NCBI GenBank assembly: GCA_963813025.1
Contig: CAWEXO010000013.1
Location: forward strand, 544,001-608,000
DNA: 64,000 nucleotides
Source: an uncultured Verrucomicrobiae bacterium
Lineage (GTDB): Bacteria; Verrucomicrobiota; Verrucomicrobiia; Chthoniobacterales; JAFAMB01
Reading direction: 5' to 3'
In this document: positions 19,979-29,851 of the stretch, piece by piece
Layout: every line of letters starts with the position of its first letter
Numbering within the stretch: the stretch's first letter is position 1
Position numbers and translations under genes: made by a program
The notes under the pieces: model-generated
What the model saw: the letters and a program-made list of their open reading frames with translations, nothing else
What the model was told of the DNA's origin: nothing
Database searches by the model: none

Positions 19979-21760
19979 CTACATCCCATCATTCAGGAAG
20001 GGTGGCCCCTTGCGTCCGTGTCTGTCTATTACGGCAGGTAGCGTCACGTGTGGCACCACATGTGTCGGGAGAGCCGCCGAAAGAGGCGCCTCGATGAAAA
20101 CGTTTGCTTGCAGGTTAGGAGTGTCGGTATTTCGCTTGATAATGTCAGCCAGCGTGGTGTTTGCAATCATAGAGGCCGTTGCGTCGTTAAACCCTTCATT
20201 CATCCAGAAAAAACGATCTCCCGCCCTTAAAGCGTGAAACTGACGTGCGATAATTGCTTGGAAAGTAGGGCCTACGATGGCACCGGGAGCATGTTTCTCC
20301 GCCAAGCCGCCCATGAACAAGTCTACGTTATCGATGGTGCCGTAGACGGCCTCAAGGTTTTTCTGCAGTACAGGATCGTCGGTCAACTGCGTAAAGGAAT
20401 CGTATCGTTCAAGCCCGATCGCCTGCCGCGTCTGGTTAAGCGTGCCGAGACCTACATCCCTCTCGCGCTGTATGTCAATTGCGATGAGATCTATTTCGTC
20501 TATGCCGCCGCCGACAAGACCTGCAAACAGTAGGTTACGAAGTGCCGCCACTACGTAAACGTCGGTCGCCTGAGAGAAGTCCACGCCGATGGCGCGTATC
20601 AGCGGGTTGATGCCATTTGACTCATCTATCTCGGGCGTATTAAAGAACGCCTGCCCGATCGATTCGGTGAAGACTACGTTTCCGTTATTGTCGAGCCCCT
20701 CCTGCGTGTCCGATACCTGTGTATGCAGCCGGAAAGCGGCGGTAGAAAATTCCTGCGTCACTTGAGCATCTATATTCGGATTATAGCCACGGTAGGGTCC
20801 CAGAACTGGCCCGATGAGCAGAGGCAAATACTCCGTATAAACGATATTTTGATACTCCGCCGTCGTGATGGCTTTTGCCATATTGTAAAGCTGATCACCC
20901 GTCCATTCGGAATGCCCAGCTTTGAGAGTATGAACCCAGAAATTATGCTCGCGCATAAACAGGGTCGTAAGTGCGGTCAACTCCGGGTTCTCCATCACTC
21001 GTGGATCGCCGGTAACGAATGTGTCGTTTATTACCGGGAGGGCTTGCCCGTTGTCAGAGCTTACTAAGGTTCCGTCGGCGCTACGCAAGGAGGCAGCTAT
21101 CTCTGCGGTCGAGCCGTAAAGTTGAGAAAGATCGAGGTATCCGGCGACGGTATTGATTATCGTGTTGGTGTCCGGGCTTCTCGTGTCCCGAGTCATAAGG
21201 ATGCTGGTTCCAGAAGGAAAAACCGGATCACCCGGCGGAACGAGGATATTAATGGCTGCTGAGGTTAGCGGCGTTTCTTCCAGATCGAGGTCATGATCCA
21301 CGAATTGTCCGAAAACGTATAGCCATGCTGAAGCAACCGGATCGGTCGTCTGGCCGTTTTGACCATTCGCGCCGGTGCCTCCTGAGATGACGTTGCTGAT
21401 AGTTCTGGGATTTGGGCCGTTTACTAGTCCGTCATCAGTTCCGCGGGCGAAGTTGAGCGGAGTCAATGCGGTCTCTGGCGAGCCAGGAACGACATCAAGA
21501 TCCGGATTTTTGAGGTTGTTGCCAGAACCGCCGATCGGGCGGAACTCTTTGAGCAGGCTTATTTGAGAACTATTCGTCCCCGTAAGATCGGCGCCTGCTG
21601 CCGACACGGCCATCAAACACAAGCAACAGGCTATGGTTTCGGGAATGCGGTTGCGAAGTGCAATGGGCTTTTTGAGTTTGGTCAAATAAGTATGGCTGAA
21701 GGGGTTGTGAGGTATTCCCGGGCTTTGTGGGAATCGCAATATAAGCTTTATTTTGCGCAT
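19979..21760 (-). CDS. Animal-type haem peroxidase (peroxidase-cyclooxygenase superfamily), probably secreted; true start uncertain
   Basis: GSGNN, NPRTISN, FGQFVDHDL, DLSQLYG, GDPRVMEN, LFMREHN, AAFRLH, DIQRERDVG, GDRFFW. Confidence 0.88.
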   Translation of the reverse strand: MRKIKLILRFPQSPGIPHNPFSHTYLTKLKKPIALRNRIPETIACCLCLMAVSAAGADLTGTNSSQISLLKEFRPIGGSGNNLKNPDLDVVPGSPETALTPLNFARGTDDGLVNGPNPRTISNVISGGTGANGQNGQTTDPVASAWLYVFGQFVDHDLDLEETPLTSAAINILVPPGDPVFPSGTSILMTRDTRSPDTNTIINTVAGYLDLSQLYGSTAEIAASLRSADGTLVSSDNGQALPVINDTFVTGDPRVMENPELTALTTLFMREHNFWVHTLKAGHSEWTGDQLYNMAKAITTAEYQNIVYTEYLPLLIGPVLGPYRGYNPNIDAQVTQEFSTAAFRLHTQVSDTQEGLDNNGNVVFTESIGQAFFNTPEIDESNGINPLIRAIGVDFSQATDVYVVAALRNLLFAGLVGGGIDEIDLIAIDIQRERDVGLGTLNQTRQAIGLERYDSFTQLTDDPVLQKNLEAVYGTIDNVDLFMGGLAEKHAPGAIVGPTFQAIIARQFHALRAGDRFFWMNEGFNDATASMIANTTLADIIKRNTDTPNLQANVFIEAPLSAALPTHVVPHVTLPAVIDRHGRKGPPFLNDGM

Positions 21761-21992
21761 AGGAGGATTTTTTTGCTGAAATCAGGACAAAATGGCAAGC
21801 ACTTCTCGGAAAAAATACAAAAACGCGTCAAAGATGGCTTTAGAGAGTATCCCAGCGCAACGAGGAGATTGCCTACGAGTAACAACGTTCCGGTGGCATT
21901 TTGACCCGCAAGATCAAACGCCTCGGGAACAGCCGCTTAGCCGGTGGCTGGCAGCTTTGACATCCGCCCTATCGTTTTCGATATTCCGGTGA

Positions 21993-22766
21993 GTGAGCGA
22001 TCTGGATCTGAACAATCTGCTTGAGGGCTGGCCGCTCGAGCCCGGCCAAATCAGAGCACGTAAAATCATGGGGAGAGATGGGCGGGAGAAAGTGCAGTTG
22101 CGCGTTGACCTCGGTCTCATCCAGATGGAGCTCAATGGTCGCCCGGACGGAGAGAGGCCCCATGGATTTGAATCTCTGCTTGAGTATCACCAGGCCCAGG
22201 CAAAAGCTCTCCGCGATTCTGGAAAAGCCTACTTTCTTGGCGAGCAGGATCTCCTCGGTTTGCAACATGAAGGTTACCAGTACTACCACCGGTACATCAG
22301 TCTGTTTCAGCTCAGTGACTTCCGTAATGTCGTGCGCGACACCAAGCGAAATCTCGATCTGTTTGATTTTGTCTCCGAACACGCGACCGAGGACGAAACC
22401 AAATGGGCTTTTGAACAGTTCAGGCCCTACGTCATGATGATGAACACCAGGGCGAGCGCTTCGCTCGCTTTGGAGGACAAGGCCGTAGGCCTGGCCCTTG
22501 AGGTGATCCAGCAGGGCAAAGCGGAAATCGAATCCTTCTATCGAAAGATCGGCCAGCCGGAGTGGGTCGAGTCATCATCAGAACTGGCTTTTCTCGACGA
22601 ATGGCTGAGGGAGGTTGAAGAAAACATCCCACTCAGCCCGCTTGAGACAATGGAACGCGATTTACAGAGGGCCATTGCCGATGAAGCCTATGAGCGGGCG
22701 GCAGAGCTTCGGGATGCTATCCGGAATATGTCGCGCAAACGCCCGGACGAGCGGGTGGATCGTTGA
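21993..22766 (+). CDS. UvrB/UvrC motif-containing protein
   Basis: QMELNGRPDG, QYYHRY, FRPYV, C-terminal AIADEAYERAAELRDAI UVR motif. Confidence 0.8.
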   Translation: MSDLDLNNLLEGWPLEPGQIRARKIMGRDGREKVQLRVDLGLIQMELNGRPDGERPHGFESLLEYHQAQAKALRDSGKAYFLGEQDLLGLQHEGYQYYHRYISLFQLSDFRNVVRDTKRNLDLFDFVSEHATEDETKWAFEQFRPYVMMMNTRASASLALEDKAVGLALEVIQQGKAEIESFYRKIGQPEWVESSSELAFLDEWLREVEENIPLSPLETMERDLQRAIADEAYERAAELRDAIRNMSRKRPDERVDR

Positions 22767-22779
22767 TCGGTGAACGGCC

Positions 22780-23103
22780 ATGGAGTGCGCGCGACTTGTC
22801 GCCGCTTTGAGATCGCGCGGAGGGCTGCTACCAACAGGGACCTTTTCGCCAGGCAGAAGCCCGCATTTCGTGGTTCGGTCCTCGGCGCTACGGGAAGATC
22901 CCTTCACAAATATGCAAGTCACTTTGGCCAATATCCGTGCTCTGGAGGATCTGGGGTTTGCGATCGCCGTGCCAGATGCCATTTACGCGGAGGGCAATTC
23001 GGGCAATAGTCTTCGCCAGTGGGAAAATTGCGTTCCGACACCCGATCGATTCAGCCCTTCCTGGAAACGAAGTCAGGACTCACGGAAAGCTCGTTTTAGA
23101 TGA
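22780..23103 (+). CDS. Hypothetical protein
   Basis: ORF fills the gap and its stop overlaps the oppA start (ATGA); no recognised motif. Confidence 0.3.
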   Translation: MECARLVAALRSRGGLLPTGTFSPGRSPHFVVRSSALREDPFTNMQVTLANIRALEDLGFAIAVPDAIYAEGNSGNSLRQWENCVPTPDRFSPSWKRSQDSRKARFR

Positions 23104-24788
23104 AGCGTTTGATCCTTTTTCTTATCCCGATGGTTGCCATCGGTCTGCTCTGGCTCGGCGCGGCGCGTGGCCGTGATGCAGGTGCAAGCCGGACCCTCGA
23201 AGAAGCAAACCGCGACAAGATTCTGCTGATCACGGAAGGAACCGAACCCCGTACCTTAGATCCGCAAATCGCCCAAGGAGTGACCGAGAGCCACATCATT
23301 AATGCCCTGATGTCGACCCTGGTCGAAAACGATTTGAACGATCAGTCGAAGGAAATTCCTGGTTTGGCCGAACGTTGGGAGCACAACGATGATTATTCGG
23401 TCTGGACGTTTCATATCCGAGACAACGCTCGCTGGTCGAACGGCGATCCGGTTACCGCAAGCGATTTTGTCTATTCCTATCGGCGAATGCTCACTGCCAG
23501 CCTGGGAGCGGGCTACGCGGATTCGCTCTTCATTTTGAAAGGTGCTCGTGACTACTACGAGGGCAAGACGAAGGACTTTGGGCAGGTCGGAGTAAAAGCC
23601 ATTGACGATCGCACCTTGCGAATCGAGTTGGTCGGGCCAACCCCCTATTTCCTTTCGGAATTGCTGCACTCGGCCTGGTTTCCGGTTAACGAGAAAACAA
23701 TCCTGAAATTTGGGAAAATTGATGATCGCGACACTAAATGGACCGCTCCAGGCAACTATGTCGGAACCGGGCCGTTTATTCTCAAGACGTGGCGGCCGAA
23801 CGACGTTATAGAAGTCGTACGCAATCCCTATTATTGGGACGCGCAAACTGTCAAACTGAACGGGATCAACTTTTACTCGATTGAGAACGACAATACGGAA
23901 GATCGGGCCTTTCGAGCAGGCCAGCTTCACAAAACCAACACGGTGCCGCTGGACCGCATTCCGTATTATCGGCGCGAACGTCCCGATCTCATCAAAATTA
24001 CCCCTTACGAAGGCACCTATTTTTATCGTCTCAATGTCGACCGAAAACCCCTCAACGATCCGCGAGTTCGGCTTGCCTTGAATCTTGCCCTCGACCGCGC
24101 ATCCATCTGCCGGAACATCACTCGGGCCGACCAAAAACCGGCGACGGGCTACGTTCCGCCGGGCATGGGCGACTATCAGGCGCTCAATCGCATCGCGTAC
24201 AATCCCGACCGCGCCCGCCAACTGCTCGCGAAAGCCGGTTTCCCGAACGGAAAAGGTTTTCCCAAGTTCAACATTCTGATCAACACGAATGAAGCCCATC
24301 GGACAATCGCGGAAGCGGTTCAGCAGATGTGGAAAGAGGAACTCAATATAGATGTCGGGATCGAGAACCAGGAGTGGAAAGTGTACCTGGACTCTCAGAA
24401 CAACATGAATTACGACATCTCGCGTTCGGCCTGGATCGCTGATTTCATGGATCCGGTGACTTTCCTCGACATGTGGACGACCGGAAATGGCAATAACAAC
24501 ACCCACTGGTCCAACCCGCAGTATGACGAGTTAATCGCGCAGGCGGCCAGGACCGGTGATCCGGCCAAGCGGCTCGATCTGTTGCGGCAGGCCGAGGAGG
24601 TATTCCTGAGCGAACCGCCGGTGGTGCTTATCTATTGGTATACCCGCTGTTGCCTGATGGACCCCTCCGTACAGAATTGGAACCCGCTGGTTCTGGATAA
24701 TCATAACTACAAGTTTATTGATTTGGCTGAACCGACTGGTACCCCAGAGCAACTCGCGAAGAATGAGCCGAAGCCGCACAATCGGTGA
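23100..24788 (+). CDS. oppA: Oligopeptide ABC transporter substrate-binding protein
   Basis: EPRTLDP, WSNGDPVTASDF, GTGPF, VRLALNLALDR, QEWKVY, WIADF.DP. Confidence 0.93.
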   Translation: MKRLILFLIPMVAIGLLWLGAARGRDAGASRTLEEANRDKILLITEGTEPRTLDPQIAQGVTESHIINALMSTLVENDLNDQSKEIPGLAERWEHNDDYSVWTFHIRDNARWSNGDPVTASDFVYSYRRMLTASLGAGYADSLFILKGARDYYEGKTKDFGQVGVKAIDDRTLRIELVGPTPYFLSELLHSAWFPVNEKTILKFGKIDDRDTKWTAPGNYVGTGPFILKTWRPNDVIEVVRNPYYWDAQTVKLNGINFYSIENDNTEDRAFRAGQLHKTNTVPLDRIPYYRRERPDLIKITPYEGTYFYRLNVDRKPLNDPRVRLALNLALDRASICRNITRADQKPATGYVPPGMGDYQALNRIAYNPDRARQLLAKAGFPNGKGFPKFNILINTNEAHRTIAEAVQQMWKEELNIDVGIENQEWKVYLDSQNNMNYDISRSAWIADFMDPVTFLDMWTTGNGNNNTHWSNPQYDELIAQAARTGDPAKRLDLLRQAEEVFLSEPPVVLIYWYTRCCLMDPSVQNWNPLVLDNHNYKFIDLAEPTGTPEQLAKNEPKPHNR

Positions 24789-24852
24789 TTCTTACGCAGC
24801 TTCCTCTCGAGAGGGACGAGAAGCTGGAAATGTCTTGCAACGTCTCTTTGGT

Positions 24853-24996
24853 CCTGTGCCGGTAGGGCGAAAATTCACTCGAGCCTTAGCGAGAACTTGT
24901 TTGAGCCGGACGCTGGAATGGGCCACGCGCCAGACGGCTCAAACACGTTCTCGCCTGGCGCTCGTCCGCCAAGGCGGATCGCCCTACCGGAACAGG
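24853..24996 (+). repeat. Complete REPIN-like nested palindrome between oppA and oppB
   Basis: Outer IR CCTGTGCCGGTAGGGCGA / TCGCCCTACCGGAACAGG and inner IR GCGAGAACTTGTTTGAGCCG / CGGCTCAAACACGTTCTCGC. Confidence 0.85.
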
Positions 24997-25049
24997 GCAT
25001 TCGCCCTACCGACGCCGGGCGGTGCGCTCCTCCGAATTCTTGATGGGCC

Positions 25050-25979
25050 ATGATTAAGGTCATTCTGGGTCGCCTGCTTCAACTTATCCCAGTCCTCTGG
25101 GTCCTGGTCACCTTAACCTTCTTTCTTTCGAAGAGCATTCCGGGCGGCCCGTTCAGCGCGGAACGGCAGGTCACTCCGGAAGTCAAGGCACAGCTCGACG
25201 CATACTACGGCTTGGATAAGCCGGTTTGGCAACAGTATCTGAGTTTCCTGAGCAAAGCCGCCCGGTTCGATTTTGGGCCGTCGTATACCTACCAGACTGA
25301 TTCGGTAAACGAGGTGATCGCGCGGTCTTTTCCTATTTCCCTGCAGATCGGAGCACTGGCTTTTCTGATCGCACTTGTTCTCGGAGTAACCACGGGGGTC
25401 GTCGCGGCGGTTAAGAAAAACACGATCCTCGACTATCTGCCAATGGGACTGGCGATGGGAGGGATCTGTGTGCCCACCTTTGTCATGGGGCCGATTCTCG
25501 CGCTGGTCTTCGGCCTTGTACTGAGGCTGGCGCCGGTCAGCGGTTGGTACGGATTGAATTACGTTCCTTTTCCGCCCATGGTCATGCCGGCGGTTACCCT
25601 CGGGTTGTTTTATGCGGCTTATATTGCGCGGCTGACGCGAGGAGGCATGCTCGAAATTCTGAATCAGGATTTCATTCGGACGGCCTTGGCAAAGGGTGTG
25701 CCCTATCATCTGATCATTTTGAAGCACGCCTTGCGCGGCGGCTTGTTGCCGGTTGTCGCTTTTCTGGGTCCGGCATTTGCCGGGTTAATAACCGGTTCGT
25801 TTGTCGTCGAAAAGGTTTTCAATGTACCTGGCCTTGGCCAGGAGTTTATCAAATCGGTCTTCAACCGGGACTATCCGCTCATCCTGGGAACGGTCGTTTT
25901 CTATGGGGCGCTCATTGTCGTCTTCAATCTGGTCTCAGACGTGCTGCAATCATTGATGGATCCGCGATCGAGAAAGTGA
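25050..25979 (+). CDS. oppB: Oligopeptide ABC transporter permease
   Basis: PGGPF, YGLDKP, FIRTALAKG, KHALR, NRDYP. Confidence 0.93.
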   Translation: MIKVILGRLLQLIPVLWVLVTLTFFLSKSIPGGPFSAERQVTPEVKAQLDAYYGLDKPVWQQYLSFLSKAARFDFGPSYTYQTDSVNEVIARSFPISLQIGALAFLIALVLGVTTGVVAAVKKNTILDYLPMGLAMGGICVPTFVMGPILALVFGLVLRLAPVSGWYGLNYVPFPPMVMPAVTLGLFYAAYIARLTRGGMLEILNQDFIRTALAKGVPYHLIILKHALRGGLLPVVAFLGPAFAGLITGSFVVEKVFNVPGLGQEFIKSVFNRDYPLILGTVVFYGALIVVFNLVSDVLQSLMDPRSRK

Positions 25980-25982
25980 GTC

Positions 25983-27071
25983 ATGAGTATTGCCTCTGCA
26001 CCGGTTGAGAGCGTTCCAATGGTGGATGAGCCGGCCATCGGCGGAGGTTCCTTGTGGGGCGACGCCTGGCATCGGCTCCAGAAAAACAAACTCGCGATCT
26101 TTGGTTTGGTCTTTGTTGCACTGATGACCCTCGTGTGTATCCTCGGCCCGTTTTTTACCGGCTACACTTACGAGCAAACCGATCTGACCCTCAAAGCAAG
26201 TCCTCCGCTCGATCCGTTGGTGGAAAGGTCGGAACCGCGGAAAAACGGGCCACCAAAAATCGCGCTGATCGCGCTTTCCAACCTTGGCGACGAATTTCTC
26301 GATCAGACCAGGGCTCAGCGACAGGAAATAGAGCGCCGGATCGAACACGGCGAGAGCTACCAGTTTGAAAAATACACTTACCGACGGATTAATCAGAAGC
26401 ATCTCTTTGGTACCGACGAACTTGGGCGTGATTTGTTGACTCGTGTTCTCGTGGGTGGGCGAATTTCCCTGGCGGTTGGGTTTGCCGCCACGCTCGTGAG
26501 CGTGGTGATTGGCGTGCTTTGGGGCGCTATCGCGGGTTTTGTCGGAGGGCAGCTCGACAACTTGATGATGCGTTTCGTTGATATTCTTTACGCTCTTCCG
26601 TTCACCGTCGTGGTCATCCTGCTTATGGTCTGGTTTGGCCGAAACATCATCCTGCTCTTTGTCGCTATTGGCGCAGTGGAATGGCTGAACATGGCTCGCA
26701 TTGTCCGTGGCCAGATCATGTCGCTCAAGAACCAGGAGTTCATTGAGGCGGCAATCTCCCTCGGCCTCCGTCAGCGCCGGATTCTCTTTCGTCACCTCCT
26801 GCCGAATGTGCTCGGGCCGATTATTATCTACGCCACGTTAACGGTTCCTAACGTGATGCTGCTTGAGGCGGTGCTTAGTTTCCTTGGTTTGGGTGTTCCT
26901 CCTCCGATGAGTTCCTGGGGAGTCCTCATTTCGGAGGGAGCGAAAGCAATGGAAACATACCCGTGGCTGCTTTGTATTCCGGCGGTTTTCTTTTCGCTGA
27001 CTCTTTTTTCGCTCAACTTCCTCGGAGACGGTTTGCGCGATGCTCTGGACCCAAAATCGAGCAAAGATTAG
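25983..27071 (+). CDS. oppC: Oligopeptide ABC transporter permease
   Basis: HLFGTDELGRD, EFIEAA, RHLLPN, LSFLGLG, GDGLRDALDP. Confidence 0.93.
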   Translation: MSIASAPVESVPMVDEPAIGGGSLWGDAWHRLQKNKLAIFGLVFVALMTLVCILGPFFTGYTYEQTDLTLKASPPLDPLVERSEPRKNGPPKIALIALSNLGDEFLDQTRAQRQEIERRIEHGESYQFEKYTYRRINQKHLFGTDELGRDLLTRVLVGGRISLAVGFAATLVSVVIGVLWGAIAGFVGGQLDNLMMRFVDILYALPFTVVVILLMVWFGRNIILLFVAIGAVEWLNMARIVRGQIMSLKNQEFIEAAISLGLRQRRILFRHLLPNVLGPIIIYATLTVPNVMLLEAVLSFLGLGVPPPMSSWGVLISEGAKAMETYPWLLCIPAVFFSLTLFSLNFLGDGLRDALDPKSSKD

Positions 27072-27165
27072 CCGAAAGCCGAAACACCAGGTGTGCCTTA
27101 CTCCGGAGTGCGTTTTTTGGGCGCATTCGAATTCTTCGCACGAAAACAAAACGTAGCTTTGTCTT

Positions 27166-28183
27166 ATGTCGCTGCTCGAAGTTGAACATCTGAAGACTTT
27201 TTTCCACACTCGCGCGGGAGTGGTTCGGGCGGTCAATGATGTTTCTTTTTCCATTGAGCCAGGGGAAACGCTGGGAATCGTTGGCGAGTCTGGGTCAGGC
27301 AAATCGGTCACCTGTTACTCTCTTCTGCGACTCATTCCGCAGCCGCCGGGTAAGATTGAATCGGGTCGGGCGCTCTTCTCCGGAATCGACCTGTCTGACC
27401 TGCTCGGAAGAGCAGGTTCGACGCATCCGCGGGAAACGGATTTCGATGATCTTCCAGGATCCGATGACTTCGCTCAACCCTTACCTGCGGGTGGTCGATC
27501 AGTTGATTGAGCCGCTGTTAGTTCACGATCGGCTCTCACGGCCTGAGGCGATAAAGCGCGGCATTGAAAGTTTGGAAGAGGTGGGAATCCAGGACGCTGC
27601 CCGCCGGATCGGTTTTTATCCCCATCAATTTTCCGGAGGAATGCGGCAACGGGTCATGATCGCGATGGCATTGATTGCCCGGCCGGAGCTTCTGATCGCC
27701 GATGAACCAACCACCGCTTTGGATGTCACGGTTCAGGCGCAGATTCTTGAGTTGATTCGGAAGCGCCAGAAAGACCTGGGGACTGCCGTAATTTTTGTTA
27801 CTCACGATTTGGGAGTGGTGGCATCTTTCTGCCAGAAAGTGAAAGTTATGTACGCCGGGCGGATCGTTGAGGCCGGTCTGATCGACCAGATCTTTCAGCG
27901 TCCGATGCATCCGTACAATGCGGCCCTGCAGCAATCGATCCCCGCCTTGCACCAGAAAGGGCAGCTGCTTTATACCATCCCCGGTCTGCCGCCCGATTTG
28001 ACGAAAGACATTCGGGGCTGCCCGTTCGCTCCCCGATGCGCCTGGGCGGTTGACCATTGCCGGCTTCACCCGATCGAGCTCCAGGAATTGGATCCGGGAC
28101 ACGAAACGGCCTGTCTCCGTTTTCAAAATGGCGAGATCACCGATCTCCGAACGAAGCCGGCGCCGGAACCTGCAGTGGTATGA
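27166..28183 (+). CDS. oppD: Oligopeptide ABC transporter ATPase, frameshifted near 27394
   Basis: GESGSGKS in ORF 27166-27510; [23 protein letters not shown] in ORF 27236-28183. Confidence 0.9.
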
Positions 28184-29161
28184 GCGGTTTTCTTGAGCTG
28201 TCTGATCTCAAAACGCATTTCGCGATGTACCGGGGCGTCGTGCTGCGAAGGGCAGCCGGTGCGGTGAAGGCGGTCGATGGAATTTCTCTGCAGCTGAGGA
28301 AAGGCGAGATTCTTGGATTAGTTGGAGAGTCCGGTTGTGGTAAATCAACGCTGGCGCGTACCGTCATGCAGTTAGTTCCGGCAACTGGCGGAGAAGTTAT
28401 TCTGGAGGGGCGCAATCTGGCCGGCTTGAAATCGGAAACGGTGCGGCGCGAGCGGGCGAATTTCCAGATGATCTTTCAGGATCCATACGCCTCGCTGAAT
28501 CCGCGGATGACGGTTTTTGATACTCTGGCCGAAGCGCTGCAAACGCGGAAAAGGCTGCCGCGAAAAGTGCTGGCCGCCAAAGTTAGCGGGTTGATGAGAA
28601 CGGTCGGATTACCCGCCGGTCGCGTTGCGGCGTTACCCCCACGAGTTCTCGGGCGGTCAACGGCAGCGAATCGCGATCGCACGGGCCTTGGCGCCGGAAC
28701 CGAAACTCATTCTCGCGGACGAACCCGTTTCGGCTCTGGATGTTTCCATTCAGAGCCAGATCATCAATCTGCTTCTGCAGCTTTGCCGGGAACGACAACT
28801 GACGATGATCTTTATCTCTCACGATATTTCTGTCGTGAAATACATTTCCGATCGGATCGCAGTTATGTATCTCGGCCGGCTAGTCGAAATTGGCCCGGCT
28901 TCGGACGTTGTGGAGCATCCTTTGCACCCTTACACACAAGCATTGGTGAGTGCGGTGCCGATTCCGGACCCTTTCCGGGAAAGGGCGCGCCACCGTCTAA
29001 TTCTCTCCGGTGACCCGCCTTCTCCACTGAATCCGCCGCGCGGTTGCAGTTTCCATCCGCGTTGTCCCTACGCGATCGGCCCCTGCCAAGAGCAAGTGCC
29101 GCCTTTGGAACAAAAAATGTCCAATCGATTTGCCGCCTGTATTCGGGTCGGGGAAATTTGA
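28180..29161 (+). CDS. oppF: Oligopeptide ABC transporter ATPase, frameshifted near 28620
   Basis: [17 protein letters not shown], then [27 protein letters not shown] in the next frame. Confidence 0.9.
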
Positions 29162-29170
29162 ATGGGAGCG

Positions 29171-29220
29171 GGGGGAGTTCAGGGAAGTTCGGGGAAGTTC
29201 AAGGAAGTTCAGGGAAGTTC
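29171..29220 (+). repeat. Solo tandem array of the 10-mer RGGAAGTTCR (5 units)
   Basis: gggggagttc agggaagttc ggggaagttc aaggaagttc agggaagttc; same unit as the arrays at 62791-62882 and 63331-63409. Confidence 0.9.
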
Positions 29221-29227
29221 CTCCCCT

Positions 29228-29809
29228 ATGTCCGCCGTGCACCTCGCGCTTCTGCGCGCAATTAACCTTGGTCCAATCAACAAAATCTCGATGCCGGATC
29301 TGATCAAAGTTTTTGCTGAAACCGGCTGTCACAATGTTCGGAGTTACATTCAGAGCGGAAATATCATCTTCGAAGCGAGCTCTGAACTCGTTGGCGAAGT
29401 CTCGAAAAGAGTTGCGACAAGAATTCACGACCGGTTTGGATTTCGTGCGCCGGTAATTTTGCGGACCCTGCCCGACATCAAAAAAGTCGTTCGCATCAAC
29501 CCTTTCCTGGAAGAAAAGGCGCCGGCGGACAAACTGCATGTGCTCTTCCTGGCGGATCTCCCGAAAGCGTCCGCCGTTCAGAGCCTGGATCCAAATCGAT
29601 CGCCGCCTAATCGTTTCGCCGCGCGAGGAAAGGAAGTCTATTTGCTTTTCCCGGAAGGTTTTGCCCGGAACAAGCTGACGAATTCCTATTTTGATGCAAA
29701 GCTCGGCATTCAAGGCACGATCAGGACTTGGAGCACCGTCCTCAAGCTGCTTGAAATGATGGAGAAAGCGGAGTCGGGGGAGGGGCGACGGAGGAGACTT
29801 GCGTCTTAG
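29228..29809 (+). CDS. DUF1697 family protein (possible in-frame upstream start at 29162)
   Basis: ALLRAINLG, YIQSGNIIF, TIRTWSTV. Confidence 0.88.
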   Translation: MSAVHLALLRAINLGPINKISMPDLIKVFAETGCHNVRSYIQSGNIIFEASSELVGEVSKRVATRIHDRFGFRAPVILRTLPDIKKVVRINPFLEEKAPADKLHVLFLADLPKASAVQSLDPNRSPPNRFAARGKEVYLLFPEGFARNKLTNSYFDAKLGIQGTIRTWSTVLKLLEMMEKAESGEGRRRRLAS

Positions 29810-29851
29810 CAGATCCCTTGACTCCTTAAACCCCTCCTCCAGTCTATTGCC

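Noticed and set aside
23256..24506. Long antisense ORFs (this one and 25950-26795, 28997-29932, 44844-45674, 59083-59862)
   Set aside because: Shadows of well-supported genes on the opposite strand in GC-rich DNA; no motifs.
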